The notes beneath the pieces were generated by a model. It was not told the DNA's origin and ran no database searches. It saw nothing but the letters and a program-made list of their open reading frames with translations. Made by a program: the position numbers and the translations under genes. DNA of 64,000 nucleotides from an uncultured Gammaproteobacteria bacterium. GTDB lineage: Bacteria > Patescibacteriota > Patescibacteriia > UBA1558 > UBA10009. The stretch is from assembly GCA_964588165.1 (NCBI GenBank), contig CAZPMS010000006.1, positions 3,425 to 67,424 on the forward strand, read 5' to 3'. Shown one piece after another: positions 27,564 through 35,284 of this stretch. Position 1 is the first letter of the stretch, and the number at the start of each line of letters is the position of its first letter.

Positions 27564-28952
27564 TTAAAATAATTTATCCCACAAAGTTATGAAGGAAAAT
27601 AAGCCAAAAAATAGAAAGGCTATTAGAAGTATTATCTTACGATATAATTTTGGATGAAAAACTTTAGGCAGAGTTTTAAAATTCATGATATTTACTAAAG
27701 CAATGTGGATAAACATGGCGAAGGCATTAATAACTGCTCCCAAAACAATTAGCATTTTGGGTTCATAAATATTAAAAAGAAAAAGAATAATGCCAAAAGC
27801 AATTTGTGACCATAAAAAAAGATAATAGATCTTGGAAAGATTTATTTTTACCTGTTGAGTATGGTCTGATCTTTCTAAAGCGAAATTTTCAGCCATTACT
27901 CTAGAGGTTGAATCCATTATTCCTAATTGTGTTTGAAAAAGCATAACCGAAACCATTAGCAAAAATAAAACACCAACTATTGGAACTAAACTTTTACCGA
28001 TAGCTAAACCTTCATTTATAACAAAGTTAATTCCAGTAGCATTAGATTCCAGGCCAAAAGTGGTGGTATATGAGAGAATCATTAATAAACACATGGCCAC
28101 AAAACCAACTAGCCAAAATACTAACAGATGTTCGGTATTAATCCTTTTCCACCAAATTTTAAACCGGCTGATGTTTTCTTCATTCAATTCAAATTTTTCT
28201 CCGGTAAGTTTTATCTGATTTTCTTTCTTGCTCTTAAACAGGCCTGATATTTTTTGTGAATACTTGCCCATGCCATAGCCTTTTTCCTTAATATAAATTG
28301 ACTGGGTAAGGTTTAAATTGCCTCCGGCTCCAGAATAAGCAAAGGCGCCAAAAAATGTGCCGATAGCTATGCCCAAGGGCAAAAATTGATAACCCTGCCC
28401 TATGCCTATAATCCCCCGCCCCAGTTCTACCCAATCAGCATTTTTGCTAAGCATTACCGCTAAGACTAAAATAAAAGGCACGCCAATAAAGATTATAGTT
28501 TTGGTAACCCTTTCCATAACTCCATAAACTGTTTTTCCCAAACTTAGAATTAAGCCTACTACTATTAAAAGTAAGATGGCAATCCATTTAAAATTTTCTA
28601 TGCCAATAACAAAAGCAAAAACCTTGGCCGATGCCGCTACAATTCCTGGCAGGCCAAAACCAACAAAGGTTGAAAAAATAAACCAATAAGGCGCCAGTTT
28701 AAATATTTTATTTAATCCAACAAAAACGCTTTCTCCTTTTATTAAGGCGTAGCGCTCAATTTCCATATTAATAAAAAACTGGAAAGTAATTCCCAACAGC
28801 GCTCCCCAAACAAGCCCTAAGCCGTAATTTGAAGCCAAGTAAGGCCATAATATAACCTCTCCCGAGCCCAAACCAAGGGCTAAAATAATAAAGCTCGGTC
28901 CTATGAGCTTTCTTAATCTGACTGGTTTAGGAAATTCTTTTGTTTGCTTCAT
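27564..28952 (-). CDS. Nramp-like membrane transporter (distant)
   Basis: Multi-TM protein. I moved the start to MKQTKEF (28952), 14 nt after the upstream stop; the track start 29045 would overlap the AMMECR1 gene by 80 nt. Confidence 0.45.
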   Translation of the reverse strand: MKQTKEFPKPVRLRKLIGPSFIILALGLGSGEVILWPYLASNYGLGLVWGALLGITFQFFINMEIERYALIKGESVFVGLNKIFKLAPYWFIFSTFVGFGLPGIVAASAKVFAFVIGIENFKWIAILLLIVVGLILSLGKTVYGVMERVTKTIIFIGVPFILVLAVMLSKNADWVELGRGIIGIGQGYQFLPLGIAIGTFFGAFAYSGAGGNLNLTQSIYIKEKGYGMGKYSQKISGLFKSKKENQIKLTGEKFELNEENISRFKIWWKRINTEHLLVFWLVGFVAMCLLMILSYTTTFGLESNATGINFVINEGLAIGKSLVPIVGVLFLLMVSVMLFQTQLGIMDSTSRVMAENFALERSDHTQQVKINLSKIYYLFLWSQIAFGIILFLFNIYEPKMLIVLGAVINAFAMFIHIALVNIMNFKTLPKVFHPKLYRKIILLIAFLFFGLFSFITLWDKLF

Positions 28953-28965
28953 CGCTATTATTATA

Positions 28966-29526
28966 TCACTTTTTATGACTTTCCCTAAAGACTTCCGCTT
29001 GATAAGTATAAATTTTAATTTTATCCGACTGCCAGCAATCAGCATACCAGCCTCCTTTTAAACACAGGCTGGACAAAAATTCATCTGTTGAGGAAAATCC
29101 ATGCCAAACCTGGGGTAAATAGGTTGACCCCTTGTTTCCTTGTTTTAATATTACTCCATCAATACCCGGCCTAAGCTTACTGACATCTTTAAGCCCTTGC
29201 GGAGCAGATAAAATTGATATTTCAACAATAATATTACCAAGCTCATTTAAAGACAATGGCAAAAACCTATCATCATAAAATCCGGCAGCCACGGCATTTT
29301 CTATAACACCCTGATAAAGTGGCTTAATAGGTTCGATATAACCAACACAGCCCCTTAGCTTGCCTTCTTTTTCTAAAGTGACAAAAACGCCCCTTTTTTC
29401 TTTAAGAGGCTCTGTAACTTCTGATTCATTAACTGACAGTTGTTGGCCGGTTTTAAAATAATACTCAATGGACTTACGGGCCAGTTTAAAAAGTAAAGTT
29501 ATGTTATTTTTATCAATCAATTCCAT
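28966..29526 (-). CDS. AMMECR1 domain protein
   Basis: 186 aa. GVFVTLEKEGKLRGCVGYIEP core motif. Confidence 0.8.
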   Translation of the reverse strand: MELIDKNNITLLFKLARKSIEYYFKTGQQLSVNESEVTEPLKEKRGVFVTLEKEGKLRGCVGYIEPIKPLYQGVIENAVAAGFYDDRFLPLSLNELGNIIVEISILSAPQGLKDVSKLRPGIDGVILKQGNKGSTYLPQVWHGFSSTDEFLSSLCLKGGWYADCWQSDKIKIYTYQAEVFRESHKK

Positions 29527-29581
29527 AATTTAATTATATCAAAAAAAGACGCAAAGTCCTTAATTTGAAATTTATTTATAA

Positions 29582-30061
29582 TTATACTTTTAATTTTTCT
29601 TTCACTTTATTTACAACATCTTCTAATTTCCAGTCGCTTTTAATTAAATAATCATAGGCGCCACTTTCTAACATTTCAGCAATCTTTTCCCTATCATTTA
29701 AAACTGTTAATACTATTACCTGGACTTTACTACCCCATGTATCTTTTCTTAATTCCTTTAACATCTTTACTCCGTTCATCTTCGGCATAATAATATCTAA
29801 CAAGATAATATCAGGATGCTCTTTAAATGCAATTTCTAACCCTTCCTGGCCGTTTTTTGCCTGAAAAACCCCGAAGCCGTCAATCTTTGGCATAACCAGA
29901 TCTAAAAAAAGCAAATCAAACTTTTCACTTTTTAACAAATTTAATATTTCTTCACCATTATAAGCAACTTTTACATCAAAACCGGCACTTTTTAGTTTTA
30001 ATTCCAAAGCTTTAGCCATGGGCTTTTCATCTTCTCCTATTAAAATTTTCTTATTTGGCAT
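29582..30061 (-). CDS. response-regulator receiver (REC) protein with an internal ~33-aa duplication
   Basis: ILIGEDE..., then two successive phosphoacceptor blocks: AYNGEEILNLLKSEKFDLLFLDLVMPKIDG and AKNGQEGLEIAFKEHPDIILLDIIMPKMNG. No output domain. Confidence 0.8.
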   Translation of the reverse strand: MPNKKILIGEDEKPMAKALELKLKSAGFDVKVAYNGEEILNLLKSEKFDLLFLDLVMPKIDGFGVFQAKNGQEGLEIAFKEHPDIILLDIIMPKMNGVKMLKELRKDTWGSKVQVIVLTVLNDREKIAEMLESGAYDYLIKSDWKLEDVVNKVKEKLKV

Positions 30062-30129
30062 AAAAAATAAAATTATTGTTGATATTATACCATTTTATAT
30101 AATTTTTGTAACTAAAATAACTATTTCAG

Positions 30130-31371
30130 CTATTCTTCAAAAATAAAATCCGGATAATAATTTCTGGCGTTCCACAATAGCCAGCCAGCCGTACTAGTGG
30201 CTGCTTCTGTTACATTAATCTGACTTTTGATTTTCTGATAGTCATATGTTGCACCTAAACTGAAAGCTTGGAGCCAAGGCCTTAATTTGCCTCTTTTTTC
30301 TTCTAAGGCAGGTGAACTTATATTTAAGCCATAGCTGACTACTTGGCCTGGATAAGCAGCCGGATTATCAAAACCCAAATAATTTGGCGGATAATGCGAA
30401 GGATAAACCATTGGGCAAATAAAATCAAAACTTTCTGCTGCATCAACTAGAACCTGTCCTATGCCTAAATCATAGCCCGTTTCCACGTTGTCCAAAACTA
30501 GACCGAACAAATCAACGGATATTTTAGTTTTATCCGAAAGTTGGCTGGAGGCATAAATAAAAAAATCTTTTAAGGCATCTGATCTGGTTTTGCCTTCTGG
30601 TAAATTATAGCTTAAGTTCCCAATAGGGCCATCGCTGGGATAGCGGATATAATCAAAATTAATTTCATCAAAGCCTAATTCAATTGCCTCCTTACTGATA
30701 GATAAGTTATAATCCCAAACTTCTTGCTTTTGCGGGTCGGACCAAGGCCTGCCTGCATAATTATGCCAAGTGTTGCCATTATAAGTTTTTAAAGCTAAAT
30801 CAGGATTGCTACCAACCAGCTTAGGATCCTGGAAAATAACCTGCCGGGCAATAACGTAAATTCCTGCTTGATGAAAATCATCTAAAACTTTTTCTACATC
30901 AGGCATATGTAAAGTAACTGCTCCAAACTGTTTAACTTCTTCTATATCTGTATTATATAAAACCCGTCCATAAGCATCTTTAATATCAATAACTACTGAA
31001 TTAATATAGCCAGCTGACATTTTTTCAATCAACTGGCTGCGAAAGTCGTCACGGCTGGCTGAATATGCTGTTAAATATATTCCTCTAACATATTCGGGAA
31101 GCTCAACATGATTTTGTTCTTCTTCTATTGGTTTAATAGTTTCTAAAATATTCTGTATTGGAAACTGGCTGAAATTAATAATTTGTTCAAATTTTAACAA
31201 TTGACTTTGTTGTAAAATAAAAAAGCCACTGGCAATTACTGCCACAGCAAAAATTGAATAATAAATTATGGTTTTATGTTTGTTTTCCACCTCTTTATCA
31301 TATCTTATTTTTGCTGGTTTGAAAACTAAAAAACCAGCCGACAAGGCGGGTGAACTTTTTAAAAAATACAA
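30130..31371 (-). CDS. putative glycoside hydrolase-like TIM barrel (DUF4015-like)
   Basis: 413 aa, N-terminal anchor, VRGIYLTAYSA...VVIDIKD pattern. Confidence 0.45.
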   Translation of the reverse strand: MYFLKSSPALSAGFLVFKPAKIRYDKEVENKHKTIIYYSIFAVAVIASGFFILQQSQLLKFEQIINFSQFPIQNILETIKPIEEEQNHVELPEYVRGIYLTAYSASRDDFRSQLIEKMSAGYINSVVIDIKDAYGRVLYNTDIEEVKQFGAVTLHMPDVEKVLDDFHQAGIYVIARQVIFQDPKLVGSNPDLALKTYNGNTWHNYAGRPWSDPQKQEVWDYNLSISKEAIELGFDEINFDYIRYPSDGPIGNLSYNLPEGKTRSDALKDFFIYASSQLSDKTKISVDLFGLVLDNVETGYDLGIGQVLVDAAESFDFICPMVYPSHYPPNYLGFDNPAAYPGQVVSYGLNISSPALEEKRGKLRPWLQAFSLGATYDYQKIKSQINVTEAATSTAGWLLWNARNYYPDFIFEE

Positions 31372-31374
31372 ACC

Positions 31375-31995
31375 TTATCCTTTAAAATCGTTTTTATATA
31401 TAAAATCTACAATATTTCGTATTTGACTCATGTACGGTAGATACATATCATGTAAAATGACTTTCTTTAATTGCCATTTTTCTATGTTTATATCCCGTTC
31501 AGATTTGTCACGATATTTAGCTTTCAACAATGCAATATTTTCAGGTGTATCAACCAAAATATTAAGATTGGATTGATTCTTAAAAATTATAGATGATAAT
31601 AACCCCTCAAAAAGAACTAATTTACATTTAGAAGCATCAATGTAAATTTCTTTATCTAACTCTCCGTTACTAATATTGTAACAATTTTTTTCTACAAATT
31701 TCTGTTTTTGTTTAATTTTTTCTAACACCTCCTGTGCCTTTTCTTTATTATACCAATCCATCAAAACACCTTTATCTTGCTCAAATTTATCTTTCCACTG
31801 TGTTCGAGGGATCTTGAAAAATAAATCCATCGTAAGTAAAATGGATTCTTTAAGGGAATATTTAATAATCTGATCTGCAAGATAACTTTTACCACTTCCT
31901 ACAATACCCTCAATAACTATAATAACTGGAAAATTTGTTTGCTCCTGTAAACTAATTATTTTTTGCTTAATTTTTTTAAATGTTACTGAGTCCAT
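31375..31995 (-). CDS. P-loop nucleoside/nucleotide kinase-like protein
   Basis: 206 aa. Walker A GIVGSGKS. Confidence 0.5.
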   Translation of the reverse strand: MDSVTFKKIKQKIISLQEQTNFPVIIVIEGIVGSGKSYLADQIIKYSLKESILLTMDLFFKIPRTQWKDKFEQDKGVLMDWYNKEKAQEVLEKIKQKQKFVEKNCYNISNGELDKEIYIDASKCKLVLFEGLLSSIIFKNQSNLNILVDTPENIALLKAKYRDKSERDINIEKWQLKKVILHDMYLPYMSQIRNIVDFIYKNDFKG

Positions 31996-32034
31996 AAAAT
32001 TCCCTTTTCAGTAATTAATATCTTATCATGCAAA

Positions 32035-32132
32035 TGGCAGGGATTTGCCCCGCTTTTCGTGAAAGGCGGGATAAAAACCCAGACCAACGGTTTTGGACCC
32101 AGCCCTTCGCGAAGGGCTGGGTGGAGACCCTC
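32035..32132 (-). pseudogene. ghost of tRNA-Trp 3' half carrying two GC hairpin insertions
   Basis: Minus strand GAGGGTCTCCA[CCCAGCCCTTCGCGAAGGGCTGGG]TCCAAAACCGTTGGTCTGGGTT[..CCCGCCTTTCACGAAAAGCGGGG]CAAATCCCTGCCA aligns to the tRNA-Trp anticodon stem through CCA. The 3' acceptor strand is mostly deleted. Confidence 0.75.
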
Positions 32133-32148
32133 AAAAATCATATTATTT

Positions 32149-32223
32149 TGGCAGGAGCGCTAGGATTTGAACCCAGACCAACGGTTTTGGAGACCGTCAT
32201 GCTACCATTGACACCACGCTCCC
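32149..32223 (-). tRNA. tRNA-Trp (anticodon CCA)
   Basis: 75 nt cloverleaf GGGAGCG..ACGGT-CTCCAAA-ACCGT..CTGGG-TTCAAAT-CCTAG-CGCTCCT-G-CCA. CCA is encoded. Confidence 0.9.
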
Positions 32224-32258
32224 ATCAAAAAAATATGATTATCTTAAATTTAATCTCT

Positions 32259-32483
32259 TTAAAAGACCATGATAAGCGATCCATATTGTTTTAGTTTTCT
32301 TTCCCTCACTTTGGCATCTATTTCTTTCTGATACGCTTCATAATAAAACAATTTGGGATTTTTCATCCGTTTAGTAGTATACACTTTTCCACTTTTATGT
32401 TCAGACAATCGTCTATTTAGGTTATTAGTATACCCTATGTATATTTTCCCATGATCATCAAGTTGTAAATAAACATAATACAT
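32259..32483 (-). CDS. small GIY-YIG nuclease-family protein (COG2827-like)
   Basis: 74 aa. YVYLQ..GKIYIGYTNNLNRRLSEH..YYE. Ends 36 nt upstream of tRNA-Trp on the same strand. Confidence 0.8.
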   Translation of the reverse strand: MYYVYLQLDDHGKIYIGYTNNLNRRLSEHKSGKVYTTKRMKNPKLFYYEAYQKEIDAKVRERKLKQYGSLIMVF

Positions 32484-32552
32484 AATCGCTTTTCTTAATT
32501 CTTAAAAATAGATATCAAAAAACACTACTTACCGATTACTGTTTACTAATAA

Positions 32553-32963
32553 CTAATTTCTCAGATACTGTTCAAGATTTAAATCATCAATAAGTTCTGG
32601 AAATTTCTTTAGCAAATAAACATGGCGATCTGTTCTTTCACCGGTAGCCTCATTAAACAGTGGGTTGCTGCCGGTATATACTGTATCTTTACTGTTACCG
32701 TATTTATTCAGGTTTTTTTCTTCCAGCCATTGGTCTATTTTTTCTTTGCCTTGTGAAGTGAGTTGAGCCACGAAATCATCAGCCCATCCTTCACCCTGTT
32801 CTTCCCACCAGTTTTGAGCTTCATCCAAACCTTGGTTGATTAGTAAAGGAGTTTTTTCTTCAACTTTAGTTTGCCAAGAAGCCAGCCAGGCAGAAATATC
32901 TTCATGCCAGATAAGGCCGACTAAAGCACCCATTATTATTATGAATAAAAGCGTCTTTATCAT
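32553..32963 (-). CDS. hypothetical secreted/anchored protein
   Basis: 136 aa, N-terminal hydrophobic helix, Trp/Glu-rich. Confidence 0.5.
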   Translation of the reverse strand: MIKTLLFIIIMGALVGLIWHEDISAWLASWQTKVEEKTPLLINQGLDEAQNWWEEQGEGWADDFVAQLTSQGKEKIDQWLEEKNLNKYGNSKDTVYTGSNPLFNEATGERTDRHVYLLKKFPELIDDLNLEQYLRN

Positions 32964-32981
32964 ACTTTTGATAAATTTAGC

Positions 32982-33137
32982 TTATTTAGTTTCTTTGTGG
33001 AGGGTATGTTTTTTACAATGTTTACAGAATTTCTTAAGTTCCAATCTTTCCTTTAAAGTTTTTTTGTTCTTTCTGGAATATTGGTTGACTCTTTTGCACT
33101 CTGTACATTCTAACTTTATCAAGTTATCTTGCGACAT
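32982..33137 (-). CDS. rpmG: 50S ribosomal protein L33
   Basis: Not in the ORF track (51 aa): [51 protein letters not shown]. Has the CxxC...CxxC zinc ribbon and the LHKETK end typical of L33. Confidence 0.9.
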   Translation of the reverse strand: MSQDNLIKLECTECKRVNQYSRKNKKTLKERLELKKFCKHCKKHTLHKETK

Positions 33138-33211
33138 AGTATTTTTAGTTAAATTACAAATTATTTAATGGCCGCGCCATGAAGTTTATGAGCGCAGCGA
33201 ATAATACTTCA

Positions 33212-33286
33212 TGGAGCCGAGAAGAGGAATCGAACCCCCAACCTACAGTTTACAAAACTGTTGCTCTACCATTGAGCTATCTCGGC
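33212..33286 (-). tRNA. tRNA-Thr (anticodon UGU)
   Basis: 75 nt GCCGAGA-TA-GCTC-AATGGTA-GAGC-A-ACAGT-TTTGTAA-ACTGT-AGGTT-GGGGG-TTCGATT-CCTCT-TCTCGGC-T-CCA. Confidence 0.9.
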
Positions 33287-33308
33287 GTGTATCTATTTTT
33301 AAAATGTT

Positions 33309-33415
33309 CCTACAGTTTATGCCGCCTTTAGGAGGTGGCAAAACTGTTGCTCCCTGCCCCGTTTACTCCAAACAAATGTGAGGAGTTATGCGGGGTACCA
33401 TTGAGCTACAACGGC
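33309..33415 (-). pseudogene. ghost tRNA-Thr(UGU), 5' two-thirds, different acceptor (GCCGTTG), two hairpin insertions
   Basis: GCCGTTGTAGCTCAATGGT[43-44 nt hairpin 33353-33396]GAGCAACAGTTTT[GCCACCTCCTAAAGGCGGC 33321-33339]ATAAACTGTAGG. T-arm and 3' acceptor are missing. Confidence 0.8.
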
Positions 33416-33553
33416 TCGTTAGACTCACGATGCCTCTCAACTTCGTTCGAGACACTCGACTTCTTCTTAATATATCTCATTATATATCTCATTAATAAAT
33501 TATGGTCGTAGGCCACGAGCGTAGTATCGAACAAAGTGAGATACGAAGTCGAG

Positions 33554-33638
33554 TGGTGGGCCGGGCAGGATTCGAACCTGCGAAGGCAGAGCCAACAGAT
33601 TTACAGTCTGTCCCGTTTGACCGCTTCGGTACCGACCC
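33554..33638 (-). tRNA. tRNA-Tyr (anticodon GUA), class II with long variable arm
   Basis: 85 nt GGGTCGG..ACAGA-CTGTAAA-TCTGT-TGGCTCTGCCTTC-GCAGG-TTCGAAT-CCTGC-CCGGCCC-A-CCA. Confidence 0.9.
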
Positions 33639-33882
33639 ACAAATTTTTAACTAGCTCCTTAAAGGCTCTTCCTCCTTTATAAGATTTTATCAGAAGCTCT
33701 CTTTTATATGCATCTTGTTTAGAAAAATATCTTTCCGAATAAACCAACTTCCAAGGGACACCTGATTTTGTTGATTTTACAAAACCTTTATTATGTCTAG
33801 CTAAACGATTAAATAAATTCTTACAATGACCTGTATAGTATCTATCTAAAGATTTACTATGCAATATATAAACTATAAACAT
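33601..33882 (-). CDS. small GIY-YIG nuclease-family protein whose 3' end is encoded by tRNA-Tyr
   Basis: IVYILHS..RYYTGHCKNLFNRLARH. ATG at 33882 (the track uses GTG at 33885). The last 38 nt are tRNA-Tyr positions 1-38, and the stop TAA is the GUAAA of the anticodon loop. Confidence 0.8.
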   Translation of the reverse strand: MFIVYILHSKSLDRYYTGHCKNLFNRLARHNKGFVKSTKSGVPWKLVYSERYFSKQDAYKRELLIKSYKGGRAFKELVKNLWVGTEAVKRDRL

Positions 33883-33896
33883 CACTTTTCATTTAA

Positions 33897-33995
33897 GATT
33901 TATGCCCGCCTATGGCGGCACCCCGCCGTAGGCGGTGGCAGTCTGTCCCGTTTATCCCGCCAAAGGCGGCGATTTGACCGCTTCGGTACCGACCC
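33897..33995 (-). pseudogene. ghost tRNA-Tyr 5' half (positions 1-41) with hairpin insertions in the D-loop and anticodon loop
   Basis: GGGTCGGTACCGAAGCGGTCAAA[TCGCCGCCTTTGGCGGGAT, TTT duplicated]AAACGGGACAGACTG[36-nt double hairpin 33903-33938]TAAATCT, then diverges into the GIY-YIG gene. Confidence 0.8.
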
Positions 33996-34086
33996 GATGG
34001 AGCCGTTGTGCGGACTCGAACCACAAACCCCTTCCTTACCCCCGCAAGATTTCGTTTCACTCAATCTGCGGGGCAAGCATGGAAGT

Positions 34087-34202
<116 letters not shown>

Positions 34203-34318
34203 AAGTGCTCCCTGCCCCGCTTACTCCGAACAAAAGTAGGAGTTATGCGGGGTACCAACTGAGCTACAACGGCAATAATGTTTTTTTAAAAAAACATATT
34301 CTTATGGCATAACTTCTT

Positions 34319-34371
34319 TCTACCCCAGCCAAAGGCTGGTCCGCCTCTGACGGAAACTGAGCTATGTCGGC
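34319..34371 (-). pseudogene. third tRNA-Thr-like 5' fragment (acceptor GCCGACA) with a twin hairpin in the D-loop
   Basis: GCCGACATAGCTCAGTT[TCCGTCAGAGGCGGA][CCAGCCTTTGGCTGG]GGTAGA, then decays. The perfect palindrome ATGTTTTTTTAAAAAAACAT (34279-34298) lies downstream. Confidence 0.65.
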
Positions 34372-34394
34372 ACGTTAGGCATTACTTTATTTAA

Positions 34395-35279
34395 CTATAA
34401 CTTCTCAATCACTTCCTTAAATTCTGATAATTTTTGATTTTCAGGATTAACTTCCTTTAACTGGCTAAAAGCCTTTAAAGCAGCACCTTTATCTCGGACT
34501 ATTATACTGACTTCTATCAAAAAGTCAAGAACTTTGGGGTTATTAGGCTCAATACTGGCAGCACGGCTAATTATTTCAAAGGCCTGTTCCGGCTCATCTA
34601 AATTTAAATATACTTCGGAAAGGTCCAAATAGCTGGAAATATCGGTTGAATCTAATTCTAAAGATCTCTGTAACTCCTGCTGGGCCTTTTTTAAATCACC
34701 TTTATCTGAAGCAATTTCACCCAAGCTCCGATAAACAGAAGAATCCTGATCGTTTAAATTTAATAGGAATTCAAAGGTTTCTTTAGCGTGTTCGTAATCT
34801 TTCTGTTCTAAATAAAGTTTGCCTAAGCCTTTATAGGCAATAGTGTTTTTATTATCAACCTGCAGGATTTCAATATACTTTTTTTCCGCTTCAGCATATT
34901 TGCCAAGTTTAGCTAAAGTTTCTGCTTCAGTTAAAAGCTGGTTAGTAAACTGCTGTTTATCAACTTTATCTTTAAAGCTTGATTTGAGCGTCTTGTGCCT
35001 GTATTTTTCCTCCAACTCTATCAAGCGCTGATACCAATTTTTAGATTTACTTATAATTAGTCTGCCCAAGGGTTTTAAAAATAATAATGATTTATCCAGA
35101 GTTCCTTTAAATCTTCTATCTAACCTTTCTTCTAAAATTTTTCTTTTTACCTGAAGCTGCTTTACCATGGGGGTTGCCTTAGAATTTACAGCTACTGCCT
35201 TGGGTACCTTCTTTAAAAAAATGTAAGCAATAACTCCCAAGCTAACTATAATGATTACTATTAAAACGTAAAAAAACAT
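34395..35279 (-). CDS. TPR-repeat protein with N-terminal membrane anchor
   Basis: 294 aa. Repeated AxxxYxxAL/GxYxxA TPR-like units (e.g. LGKYAEAEKKYIEILQVDNKN). Confidence 0.7.
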   Translation of the reverse strand: MFFYVLIVIIIVSLGVIAYIFLKKVPKAVAVNSKATPMVKQLQVKRKILEERLDRRFKGTLDKSLLFLKPLGRLIISKSKNWYQRLIELEEKYRHKTLKSSFKDKVDKQQFTNQLLTEAETLAKLGKYAEAEKKYIEILQVDNKNTIAYKGLGKLYLEQKDYEHAKETFEFLLNLNDQDSSVYRSLGEIASDKGDLKKAQQELQRSLELDSTDISSYLDLSEVYLNLDEPEQAFEIISRAASIEPNNPKVLDFLIEVSIIVRDKGAALKAFSQLKEVNPENQKLSEFKEVIEKL

Positions 35280-35284
35280 ATTTC

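Noticed and set aside
32028-32294. 88-aa plus-strand ORF in the track
   Set aside because: It runs across tRNA-Trp and its ghost. The 'protein' is a translation of tRNA and GC-hairpin sequence, with no start context.
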